Below the pieces are notes generated by a model. That model worked only from the letters and a program-made list of their open reading frames with translations. It was not told the DNA's origin and made no database searches. A program made the translations under genes and the position numbers. A DNA stretch of 62,251 nucleotides, counting the filler, from Kipferlia bialata (Eukaryota), in the NCBI GenBank assembly GCA_003568945.1. It is 6 parts of 6 records of this genome, joined end to end, with 100 filler letters (N's around TTAATTAATTAA, not from the genome) between each part and the next. Parts side by side here need not be neighbours in the genome. Positions count along the whole stretch, not along the records: positions 21,856 to 33,903 come from BDIP01001139.1; positions 34,004 to 46,045 come from BDIP01001140.1; 4 more parts are not named here. The stretch is one strand, 5' to 3'. Each line of letters starts with the position of its first letter. The stretch's first letter is position 1. Below are positions 24,599-37,100 of this stretch, piece after piece.

Positions 24599-26565
24599 CT
24601 ACCCCTCTGTCTGGGAAGGGGATGCCATGACCCCTGAGCACACCCCCTCGAGGTCAAGGTCATACCCACCCCCCATGCACCCATAGCACATACTGCCAGT
24701 GTCAGAGGAGGCAGCTGCAGTGGCCACCCTGCGTCTGGACTCTCTCTCCTTCTCTCTTGCCATAAGAGTGTCCAGCACATAGGAGCCTGGGGTGTAGGTA
24801 CCCTGGAGAGTGAGAAATAGGATAATATAGTAGTAGATACCGAGGCAACCCTCACCTTCCCTATCCACTGCATCCCCTTCAGCCACTTGGCAGTGTGTGA
24901 GGGTGAGAGACAGGCAGCATACATGGGTGCTAGGTACTCTACCAGGAATACACCCTCCACTAAGGGGACTGAGGGGGTGGAGTCAGAGTCACCCTCAGAG
25001 CTGTAGCTGCCTGTGCTACTGTCCTGTCTCTGTGTCTGTGTCTCTGGGGTGTGGGCCTCTCTCTCAGCCTGTCTCTCGGCATCTGTCTGCCTCACCGACA
25101 CACAGGTGCCTGACAGTAAGAGACGGGAGACGGGAGACGAGATAACAGAGAGATGAGACTAGCCATGGGTTATAGTCAAAGGAGAGTTCAGAAGGACCAC
25201 TCTGGATAGCTCACCGGATAGCAGCATCTGGGCAATGGGTGAGAGAGACTGTGTCATGGAGTCGGGTAGTGGCAGAGGGGTGATGGGGGCAGGTACATGG
25301 GCAACCCTAGCGTCCCACCCCACATACCACACCCTCATGTGCAGGTTGTGTGTGTGTGAGGACCCCTCCCCAGGTGTCACCACCATCTCCAGCCCAGTAG
25401 GCAGTGTCTGACCTGGGGGCACCTCCTTCTGTCTCTGGGTGTGGGAGAGGGTACCCCCGATAGTCCTCTTCCGCCTGGCCTGATGCAGCTCCCTCTGCCG
25501 CTCTGCCTCCCTCTCCCTCTCTCTCTCCCTCGGGTGGGTGAGGACAGCACCCGTGGACACACACCGGTTGTAGAGGTCACGGGCACCTTGTATGGAGGTA
25601 GGGGGGAGACCTAGAATCAGAGACGGGAGGGCGATAAAGGGGCATAACAATAGACATATGAGAGTGAGAGAAGTGACATACCTGGCCCATTCACGATCCA
25701 GGCTGTGCCTGCTCCAACAAGGTGGGAGAGGTCCTAGGGGTTACATAGATATGGGTAAGGGGAGTGAGGAGGAAGAGCAAGTGATATGAAATGACTACTG
25801 AAACAGATGATGTGGACCTGAGAGAATAGAGTAAGAGACAGAGTATCCATACCATAGCAGACAGGAGACCTCTGCTGAGGACAGTGGCGCAATGCACTGC
25901 CAGCCAGTCTGAGGGGCGGTCTGATGGTTAGGATGGGACTGGAATTGTTGGGGAGGAGAGAGAGGGGGAGAGAGAATAGAGTCGCAGAACGCACCCCCAT
26001 TCTTCACAATCTGTGACAGGGGACGGAACCTGGTAGTGCAGGGGTGAGGGTCTGGTACAAGGGAGTACCCAGATGCGGCCTTCTTACCAGCCCCCTTCCT
26101 GGTATGGGTATGAGAGCCCCCCCCTGTGCCTGGTTCCCTTGGAGAGGGTGCTGACACTCTACTCTGGTTGTGCCGGGTAGCTGAGCAGGGGGGGAGAGGG
26201 AGGTCACCGGGCTTGTGTCTCTGAGCACCACGGCCACCATCTGCAGTCTGTGGAGCTGTGATGGGGTAGAACGGGAGGCTGAACTTGGAGGCAGCAGACC
26301 TCACCCTCCTGACAGAGAGAGAGAGGGTGACCCCAGGACCCATCACAGTGCCATGCTTCGTGGCAGTGGCACTAGGGAGCACGGCATACACGTTCTGGGA
26401 GGTGCTACTGTCACTCAGGGAAGCACGGACCAGGCCTAGCGGAGTGGTGGTGTCTGCCGTCTCTCCACTGTCACCCTCACCACAGTAGTCCAGGACAAAG
26501 CCTGTGGCGTACAGCTCATTGGTAAAGTCTACCACAGACAGAATATCGTGCACTGGTTCAGGCAT
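24599..26565 (-). CDS. Hypothetical multi-exon protein, possibly OB-fold-like
   Basis: ATG at 26565, long first exon, then GT-AG exons (DLSHLVGAGTAWIVNGP; GARDLYNRCV…). Last exon ends …SPSQTEG*. Confidence 0.55.
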
Positions 26566-26792
26566 ACGCGTTCAGCGATAGCTGAAGAAGCATTGTCCAT
26601 CCACAAATCATTTGGTAGTGAAGTGGGCTGTTTCGCGGCTTAAGCTTTTGTCCGACGGAGGTCCGATTTTCCGACATCACTATATGACGATACTGTGACT
26701 CAAGTGATGATGGCGACGGGAACAGTCTATTATCTGCCAGCACACACTAGCAAAAGACCCAGCAGCGAAGCCTTTTCAGCTTGACACGATGA

Positions 26793-29700
26793 TCAGACGT
26801 TGCCCATGTATATCCGGACCTCCTCCCAGCTGACTATGAGCTCATCCAGGCCCATGAGGCTGTGTGCCTCGACACACTCTACCAGAGACACCCAGTCACA
26901 GTACATGGAGCGGTACCTGGAAGTGAGAGGCAGAGAGAGTGAGACAAATTGTATGTATAGACATAGATATACCTGACTTCGAGGCTCTCCCTGACTGCGT
27001 TCAGAGGTGTGACGGGTCTCACTCTGGTGGTACGGGCCTGGTACGGTGAGAAGATAGAGAGAGGTATAAGAACATACAGACATGTATATACTCTATACTG
27101 ATGATTACTGGTAGCGTACCTCACTGACATCAGCCATGTCGTACTCCAGTCGAAGGATATATACGTAGAGAGAGGTATGAGATAACACACACATATGTAT
27201 ATATACAACAATATAATGATTCCCTTGTACCTCACTGACGTCTGCCATGTCGTACTCCAGTCTCCCCCCCTTGCCAGGTGGCACCTTGAGCACAGGGGTG
27301 CGCACTATGCTGTTGGACACAAACAGAGACATCGGCCCAGGTGGGTGTGCCCCCATGGGTGTGTGTGGCTGGTGGGAGGCAGGGGTGGGTGTGTGGGTGG
27401 ACACTGCAGCCTTGGCCTGGGAGAGGGCATCCCTCCATGTGCCGCAATAGGACACCAGGGCAGATCGGAGGGTGTCAATGTACTTGGCGTCAGCCTCGGG
27501 TCCACTCCCTACACTCCCTATCGGTGGCATCACCACCATGCCGTCCACTGAGGACGGACGGGAGAGGGGTGCAGGGGCGTCATCATCCTTGGGCTCAGCT
27601 GAGGAAGCAGGGCGTCTGGCCTGCCTCACAATGTGGTAGATATCCCCTAGACACCCCATGCAGGCTGCCTCTGTGTAGGTCTGGGCGGCACCAGCTATCT
27701 CGCGTAGCAGGACGTTCACAAGCCAGTACCTGCTCCCCCTCTGGTGGCAGAGGTGGTTCTCTCTAGCCCCGTACTGCATCTGGACTATATCTAACAGCAG
27801 GGCATGGCAGTTGAGGAGGTAGGCAGTGGTGAGGGTGCCCTGGGGATAAGACTCATATATATATATATATAGAAGAAAGGGGGGTGGAAGGAGGTATACA
27901 CATATAGTATATCTATATACAGTCACTGTGCCGCACCCTGGGTCTGAGTCTGGCTGCCCTCCTCTGGTACTGGCTCAGTTCCTTGTACAGAGCAACCACG
28001 TGCTGGGAGACTATGAGAGCCAGTCCGGCGTCGGGGTCCTCTCCCTCTCCCTCTCCCTCCTCCCCGTCCTCCCCGTCCTCAGGCAGACATGCCTCGTGCA
28101 GTGTCAGCAGCAGCTCTATCAGACCAGCTGTCCTGGCAGTCACGGAGTCGGCCTCACACACAGCACGGTGCTTCTCATCCTTAGATAGACCACCGGGGGC
28201 CTGGTAGGTGAGCAGAGAGGAGGGGTGATGGGGTATAGATATATGACACTATATACCTCGACAATGGCCGCAAAGCTGACGTCGATGGTGCTAGGACACT
28301 GCTCCTCTTCTGTCTTCCTCTTGGGCGGAGCACTCACTATGGACCTCAGGTGTTGTATCTGCTCACTCACCCTGGCCTGCAGTGCAGCAGTGAGGCCGTC
28401 CCTCAGTCTGAGTACATAGGCAGATACAGCAGTGGCAGAGGACGCACGGGCGGCAGCACCTCCGGCAGCAGCGTTCCTGGCAAACCGCCTCTGCATCCTG
28501 ACGACATGGCCTAGGGAGAGGGCAGCGGGGACAACACCTGGGAGTAAGGGTATATATACAAATATGGTGGGGGAGGGGGGGGGGGGAAGAGAGAGAGAGA
28601 GAGAACACCCTGCCTCACCTGAGCTGGCGTGACTAGTGGGTGAGAGCAGCACCCTCACACACACGTCTGTGATGTTGCGCAGGAGTCTGTCGCTCTCCTT
28701 GTCCAGGGGTGCAGGGGCCTCTACACTGCCTCCAGTATCAGTATCAGTCTTCTCAGCAGCCTCCTCGGTAGTAGGCACCTCAGTCACTCCCTCCCCCTCC
28801 CCCCCTGCGGCTGTCTCTGCCTCAGCCTCTGGGTCGAATGCATATGCCAGCACCTCTCTCTCTGCCATACCCAGTGACACCAGGCACTCCAACCCTGCCA
28901 GCAGCACTCCCTCTGGTGGTAGGGAGAGCAGGTCCACCCTTTCTGTGATGCTGGTCTCGTCTATGAGGCGTCTCTTCCCCTTCTCCCTCCTCTCCATCAT
29001 GTTGGACAGGCCTGTCTGCCCTACCTTAAGAGTGGACATGGCCGCCACAGCACCCTTGGAGGCCATCAGCCTCTGCCGCAGGGTCATCTTGGGTGCCTTG
29101 GGGGTAGTACCCTCGGGGGAGTCCACTGTAGGTGCCACAGAGGCAGTGGTGCCTGCAGGTGTGGGGATGGATGCCTTGGCAGGGGCCTTGACAGAGAGCA
29201 CCTCTCTCTTCCTCTCCCCTCTCTTCCCCTTCCCTCCATCTCCAAACAGGGTGTGCATGGGGTTGTTGAGCCTCAGCCCGTGCAGCCTCCTCTCTGGGAT
29301 GGGGTACCCCACACCCACAACCTCTGCGATGAGTGGGGCCTCACCCCTGGCCGCCCTCTGTCTATCCACACTCTCTCTGTAGGGGGTGAGGGCTATACCC
29401 AGGGACGGACACGCCTCGTCGTACAGACACTGGGTCAGACAGAGTGGAACATTGAGTGGAAGTACATCCATATGATCTCCCTCACTAGTATGATATACAC
29501 TATACCCTCCCAACCTGTATGTACCCTGGGGATGTGTAGCGGAGGCTGCTGGGTGGGAGTGCGGTGGCTGCGTAGTATGTCTCCTTGGACCTGGCCAGCA
29601 CCGATGCCGTCTCCCTCTCTCTCTCCTTGTCCTCTACCAGTAGGGGCAGAGAGGACAGGACCAGGTTGTAGTTGTGGCTGTGGGTCCACTTCCTCTGGTG

Positions 29701-30240
29701 CGAGGCATCGGAGACGCGCAGCTGGCGCTTCAGCTCCTCCACATACCTGGGTCAGACGCATTCGATCAATTATATAATCAATTATTATATAATTGATTCC
29801 GCAGTGCAGTATGTCATCTTGACCTCTATATATACTCTATTAGATACCCACCACAGCTAATATTAGACACTATACAGATAGTATTAGATACCTCATTCTG
29901 ATTGCCGTGCAGTATGTCATCTTGACCTCTATCAGGTACTGGGGGGACAGGATGCCAAGGGCCATGACCAGAGGCCGGTGCTTGACAAGGGACAGGACCT
30001 GTAGGGTCAGGGGGCTATAATACTACATATAATAGAGCAATATAATAACACTTAGATCACTGAGTCACTTCAGGACAACTTCCATATATCCTCACCTGGA
30101 TCTCCTTGATGTCGGAGTATGGCACAGAGCCAATCTTGCGGATGGCGTCAACCAGAAAGGCCCTAAAGATGAGACACGTGACTATAATACACTCACACCT
30201 ACTACTTATACGCCCCCCCCCCCCCACCAGAGATGCAACT

Positions 30241-30271
<31 letters not shown>

Positions 30272-32148
30272 GGTCTATAATACTATGATACCCACCTTAT
30301 GCGTCCTGCCACTGTCCGTGACAGTCTCTCCCTCAGCTCTGAGAGCTCAGCCACAGCGGGAAGGGGGCCAGACCCTGGGGTTACTATCATATGTATATAC
30401 AAATATATCACAACATTCAACACCTGGGGATGTAAATACAAATATTGATGTAAACACATATTACACAAAATACATACACCACCTTAACAAATATATAGAT
30501 GTATAGATATATAACCCAATATATACACCACCTGGGGATGTGGATATGGCAAAACTATACATCTATAGTACCTGTGGATGTGGCCACTCTCTGGGATGGA
30601 CATATATATACACATACACAACTCTATATATATACTATATATACTATATATACTATATATACTATATCTACTGTATATACTATACACCACACCTGTGGAT
30701 GTGGATGTGGCCACTCTCTGGGATGGTTGGTGTGAATGTACATGTATAACACAGTAACTATGACTGTATATACTATATATACTCTATATACTATATACAC
30801 TGTATATATATACACACCACCTGTGGATGTGGATGTGGCCACCCTCTGGGCTGGGCTGGACTCCATGCCCTGCCTAGCAGAGGACAGGACCTGGGGTAAG
30901 AACATATACATACCTCATAAATGTATATATCAGTATCAATAGAGGACAGAACCTGGGGTAAGAATATATATACATACTTCATAAATATCTGTTAAAGAAA
31001 ATCTATAACAGTGTCAGAGAAGAGGAACAGGACCTGGGGTTAGTATCCCATGAATATTGACACACAATAGAACATTTTCAGAGACGAGAGGCACTATATT
31101 GTACTCAGCTCATACCTTGAGGAACTGCTTCAACTTGCTGGAGTAGTCTGGGGTGGTGACGTCATCGTGGGTCAGGGCCTGGGTCAGGGACATGTCTAAC
31201 TACTACTATGAAACTAAATACACAATAGGTGACATCATCATGAGTCAGGGCCTGGGTCAGGGGGATACAAATAATCATATACCAATATGTATACATACAG
31301 GAAGGATACTACAGACACAATATATGACATCATCGTGGGTCAGCGCCTGGGTCAGGGGGATATATGTTATATTATATAGATACCGAATAATCACTCCGGA
31401 GACACTCATACATGCAAGTCTACCGCTAACAGCGAACATATACACACAAAATGTGCTCCAAGAGTGATAAGGAGAGATATGCAACGCACCTGCTCTACAC
31501 TAGGGGGAATGTTGTTGTCGAGGAGGAACAGGGACAGAGGTACATCGGCAGCCTGCCTGTTCCTGAATGGTGAGGAAGGGATAATAATAACTACATTTAC
31601 AATTGTCTTCGGGATGTCTGAGGAGGCTCACACTGACAAAGACCATCTCTGACCCAAACATGCATACCTAAGCTGCAGCGCTGTCTCATCAGCACTGGTT
31701 CTGACACGGGTCAACTCATCACCAAGAGAGGACACCTATGTTAGACAGAGGGATACAAAGGTAGAGATAGGCAGGAAGAGACAAAGGGAGAGCCAAAGCA
31801 ATACAATGCCTTGACAGCCAAGCAACGTGCTGAATAGACACATGAGAAAGGGGGATGACACGACTCATATCTTAGGGCCAATTAGAGAACACACATACTG
31901 TACCTTAGTCAGGTAGGCACCCAGTACTGACTCCATCTCTCCTAAGGGTGAGGGGGGGGGAGGGAGAGAGAGAGAGAGAGAGAGCAGTTGAATGTATATA
32001 CCCCTTCATACCTAGTGTCTCCTCGAGCCTTGCACAGTCTGCATCGAGTGATGTGTAGTCATCCACCCGGCCCACGAGCTTCTGGATGTATGTTCGCTCA
32101 GCACTGAGCAGGGCCTCCTCCTGCTCCTTGACCAGATCACGCACATCC
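26793..32148 (-). CDS. VPS52: Vps52 (GARP/EARP tethering complex subunit); own start exon not visible
   Basis: Spliced sequence DVRDLVKEQEEALLSAERTYIQ…GEMESVLGAYLTKVSSLGDELTRV…LQLRNRQAADVPLSLFLLDNNIPPSVEQALTHDDVT…RIRAFLVDAIRK…LVKHRPLVMAL follows the Vps52 N-terminal pattern (LRNRQ, +PP, KIREF+, LLKY). Stop at 26795-26793. Confidence 0.8.
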
Positions 32149-32256
32149 CTGGGTTATAAGTGGATAGTGTGTGTGTGTGGGGGGGGATATGTAGAATGGA
32201 GAGACAGAGAGAGAGAGAGATCACGCACATCCCTGGGTCAGACACATGTACAGAGT

Positions 32257-32288
<32 letters not shown>

Positions 32289-32382
32289 GGGGGGGGGGGG
32301 AGGGAGGGGGGGGGGGGGGGGGGGGGGGGGAGAGAGAGAGAGAGAGAGATGTCAAATAGAGTATCTATATACACATACACAC

Positions 32383-33325
32383 CCCAGCTCTGCCACCAGT
32401 GCCTCTCCCTCCTTCTTGGACACCACTCTCTGTCTCTTCAGATCGGCCTTGTTACCCACAACAAGCACTGGGGTGAGAGGGCGAGAGGGTAAGGATAGAC
32501 AACTTAGCAACAGATACAATTGACTCACATGTGTGTGACCCTATAATATATATATGCAACATACTCTCACCTGGCAGCTTGTCTGCACTCTCCAGGTTCC
32601 CGAACACGTTCTCCCTCCACTTGGAGACAGCACTGAGGGTGAGGGGGTAGGGATGAATATTGAATAGAGTACAGAGTAGAGAGTAGAGGCACAACACAAG
32701 TGCGTAACACTTACTCACTTGAATGAGTCTCTGTTTGTGACATCAAACACTATGAGCACACCGGTGGCACGGCGGTAGTACACCCTAAAGGTAAGAGAGA
32801 CCGAAAGCAAAGAGGGGAGCGTGTGAGGTCACAGAGAGAGACGAACACATAGAGGAAGACTCAGTACCTGGTGAGTGGCGTCTGGTGGAACTCCTGTCCG
32901 GCAATGTCCCACACCTAGGAGTAAGTACACAGAGTGCATAATGAACACATAGAGGGGTGGGGAGAGGGAGGGGGAGGGTGAACACACTCAATGTGTCAGT
33001 ATGTGGGAACTGTACCTGAAGCTTCACATTGGTCTTCCTGGCCTGCTCTGGAGACTGCACCACCAGAGACTTCAGCAGGAAGTCAGCACCGATGGTAGCC
33101 TACACATGAGGGGTTGAAAAGGAGGGTGAGACACAAGCAGACCGATGCAAATAGTGGCCGAAATACCCATCTCACAGTGCTGAAGCTGGCCCATATCTCA
33201 AACACAGGGGTGTATAGTACCTGGTAGTTCTTGTCAAAGGTCTGCTCGGTGTACCGTCTCACCAAACAGGTCTTTCCAACCATCCTCTCCCCAACCACAA
33301 TGACCTTGAACCTAACAGCACTCAT
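32383..33325 (-). CDS. Rab GTPase, Rab32/38/29-like; G5 motif and C-terminus not found
   Basis: G1 GERMVGKT, ATIGADF, WDIAGQE (Rab32-subfamily signature), TRVYYRRA, VFDVT and G4 NKAD across 6 exons. Confidence 0.85.
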
Positions 33326-33903
33326 ATCGCACTACTATGGAAACTAGGGTCCCAAAAGTACAGCAATGACGGTAACAGCTACTCAGACGACCAGTTACAG
33401 GCGTATAATCAGCAGAATAGTGCTCACTGACAGAAGTCAGACCGGGACCCTTTTTTGTTGGGTTATTTTGCCTCACTTTTCGTCTGCTTTTGACATGCAC
33501 TTACGTCTCACTGAGACTCTCATCTCCATCAAGGACGCCCTGATACTCCAAACCCCTGCGAAACCAAACTAAACTGTCTATTCAGGTCACCAAGCGCAAC
33601 CACAAAAGCCAATGAAAATTCTAACTACTAAGAAGCCCAATACTCCTCTATCATTCTACCACTCCAAGGCTACCTGCTTAGAACTTGTAGGCAGCAACGG
33701 CCCTCATGGCAGCAATGCCGCACTGGAACTCCCTCTCGTGCTTGAGGTCCATGGAGGCAAACTCGTCCTTGCGCCTAGGGTAAAGATATACCTCTCTAGT
33801 CATATATATTTAGAGAGAGAGAGTGAAAGAGAGTAAGGCATATATAGAGAGAGGATGGGGCTGGGGCTGGGGGGGGGGGGGGGGGGGGGGGAGGAGGGAG
33901 AGA

Positions 33904-34003
33904 NNNNNNNNNNNNNNNNNNNNNNNNNNNNNNNNNNNNNNNNNNNNTTAATTAATTAANNNNNNNNNNNNNNNNNNNNNNNNNNNNNNNNNNNNNNNNN
34001 NNN
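33904..34003. other. Artificial scaffold spacer
   Basis: N44-TTAATTAATTAA-N44. Confidence 0.97.
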
Positions 34004-34130
34004 CACTCCTATCTCTCATGCACACACACACACACCCTCACCCTCCCCCTCACCCCCCCAGCCCCCCCCCCCCCCCCCCTCCCCCACCCCCACCCTGGGT
34101 ACTAATGCTCTATTCCCTCTCTCACTCCAG

Positions 34131-37100
34131 TTGAACTGCAACCCTGACCTGGAGTGTCCCTCCCCATCCATGTCCCCCTCCTCCTTCCTCCTCTGCAGTG
34201 ATGCAGGGTGCGACAGTGCCTGCACCGAGGGTCCCTCCCAGCCAGGCTGTGACGAGTTCATAGTCATACAGGGGTATGTCATTCAGTTCTCTCTCCTAGC
34301 TCCCACGATATATGCCTGCCCCCCCTCCCCATAGCCTCATTCCAGATGCGGTCCCTACTTCCTAGAGGCCCCTCCCTGTGAACTGTTCTCCCTCACAGGT
34401 ACTGCTCTCTCTCTCTCTCTCTATCTCCCTGTGTCAGACTGGGGATATCACTGACCCAAGGCACTGCTGTCGAGGAGGGTACCTCAGACGGCATCCCTGG
34501 TGTTCTTGTGACCGCCTACCCCCCTGCCTCCCTCACCCCCCTGGCCTCCTCCCTCACAGACCCCGTCGGTGTCTACACCCTTGACCTGACTGAGTACGCA
34601 GGGATGTACGACGCCCTCCGGGTTGAGTATGAGAGGGAGGATTATGTGAGCCGTACACTAGAGGTGCCTGTACCCACCTGTGGCACTGTAGACCTGGACA
34701 CAGAGCTGGTGCCATTAACCTGTGACGCTACACTCTGCGTGACCACTCTCGATGAGTGTGGACTCCCCATATCCGGTGCTACAGTGTCTCTCACCACCTG
34801 TGTCGCCGAGGTGGAGGTTGACACTGCAGTCACAGATGAGACTGGCGAGGCATGCTTTCCCCTCTATGCCATTCTTCCTCCCACCCAGGTCACTGTGGCT
34901 GTGTCAGCTGATGGATACCTGCCTAGTGTTCCGACTCCAGTTGAGATTAGGCAGTGTGGCGGCAACACCCTGTCACTTGAGATGGTCTGCGCTGACACCC
35001 CCTCCCTCAGGGTCGCGGTCACCACTGCTGAGCCCTATGCTGCTGCTGCCCCGGGTGCCACTGTGACCTACACCACTGTGGGTATGGAGTACTCAGACTC
35101 TGCTGTCACAGATATCAGAGGAGTCGCCTTCTTCTCTCCCATCCCCCCTGAGGTGATTGGCCTAGGTGTCACCCTCGGTGTCACTGGGATCGAGGGGTAC
35201 CTAGCCTACTCCGACGGCATCACATACACCATCCCCTGCTGTGGGCATCTGACTGTACCGCAGGTGGTACCCTGCACCTCACAGTCCGTGTGTGTGTCAG
35301 TGAGTGAGGACTGTGACGCTGAGGGCCCTCTCTACATAGGGGGACTGGTCATATCCTACTACACCCCCGACTCCCCACCTGTCCTCCTTGGTACCACAGT
35401 CACCACGGACACCGTTGAGAGTACATGCCTCGACATTCTACCCGACATACTTCCTGTCCCCCTTACTAGTGTACTGACCGAGTTCACATTCGATGGGACT
35501 GAGTACAAGGACACTATTGAGTTGGCATGCATCGATAGGCAGGAGGCGTGCCTCGAGGTGACATGTTGGCATGTCATATCGGGTACTGTGACAGGCGAGA
35601 CTGGAGAGTCCGTCCCTGGCGTCGACGTCTCCATCAACACAGACCCTGCTCTCAGTGCTACCACTGATGTCAACGGGTTCTACGAGATCCTTGGTTTACT
35701 GGAGGGTGTCTACACTCTGACCTTCACCCCTCCCGCTCTGTCTGAGTTGGCTGAGACCACTCTGGAAGGAGTGGACATCCCCACATGTGGATGTATCGTG
35801 GTGGACGAGACACTGCCATGTGAGGTGCCTCCCTCCCTCTGTGTCACATTCACTGACCCATGCGCCAATCCAGCTGTGTCTGTACCCGTTACTGTGTACA
35901 CAAGTGGCACAGATGTGACTGGTGTCACAAACCAGGCAGGAGAGGTGTGCTTCGAGGGCCTTGAGACTGGTGATGCGGTTGTTGTTTGGACCAGCGACCT
36001 CTACAATTGCGGTTCCCACACTATTGATCTCGGCTGTGGCCCCAACGATGCGTCTGTGTACCTGACCTGCCGTGACCCTCTATCTCTCACTGTTGCGGTT
36101 GCCACTGCCCCGCCCTTCCTCGATGCAGTTGCTTATGCCACTGTCACATGGACCACTGTTGATACCCTAGAGACCGGGATGGGGCAGACCGACATCTATG
36201 GACGCGTCATCTTCTCCAACCTGCCCCCAGGTGTGTCAGAGAAGGCCTTCACTCTCGAGGTGTCTGGCATACCCGACCACCAGGACTATTCGCCTGCTGC
36301 CGTGTATCAGTTCCCCTGTTGCGCTGACCTCTCTCTCTCTGTGGTGGTGCCGTGCACAGAGCAGAGCCTGTGTGTGGTAGTAAGCGAGGACTGCAAGAGT
36401 GGCCAGGCCACCCTCTACGCGATAGACATCGAGGTGGTGCTCTTCTCAGACCAAGACACCGTCATTGCCAACATCCTCTCTTCCACCACCCAGCCGGTGT
36501 GCGAGCCCATCTTCCCCAACAACCTTGTGCCTGGGCTTCCAGTCCAGGACACAGTCATCCTCAACTACACCTTCCAGGGTGTCGAGGACCAGCAGCTTGT
36601 CACCCTCGGGTGCGGCGAGAGCTTTACCTGCATCGCTGTGTGTCCTTGTGAGACGTTCATCTCTGGCACCGTCACTGATCTTGCCGCCGACCCTGTATCG
36701 GGTGTTGAGGTGACTATTGGTGGCGAGGTCATTGATGCTACTGCTGCCGACGGTACCTATGCCGGAGTAGTCCCCAGGGAGATGGCAGACCAGCTGATAG
36801 ACGTGACATACACTCCTCAGGGGGTCAATCTGGACCCAGTCACACTCGCCGTAGTCCCCGTGGCCTGTGAGTGTAACGTAGTCAACCCAGAGCTGCCCTG
36901 TGCCGCTATCGTTGGAGACACTGTGTGCCTAACCCTCACCGAGCCAGCTCAGTGTGGTGGGGCTGGTGCTGAGGGTATCGATGTCACCATGCACTCCCTC
37001 GACGGCTTGAGACTGGAGGCAACCGATGTTAATGGTCAAGTATGTCTGAACTCCTGGCCTGTCCCCCTGAATGCTTGGAGTGCCCAGTGGGGAGAGACAG

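Noticed and set aside
33495..33780. Possible exon(s) of a gene divergent from the Rab
   Set aside because: One plausible exon (about 33669-33779) but no consistent start before the scaffold end.
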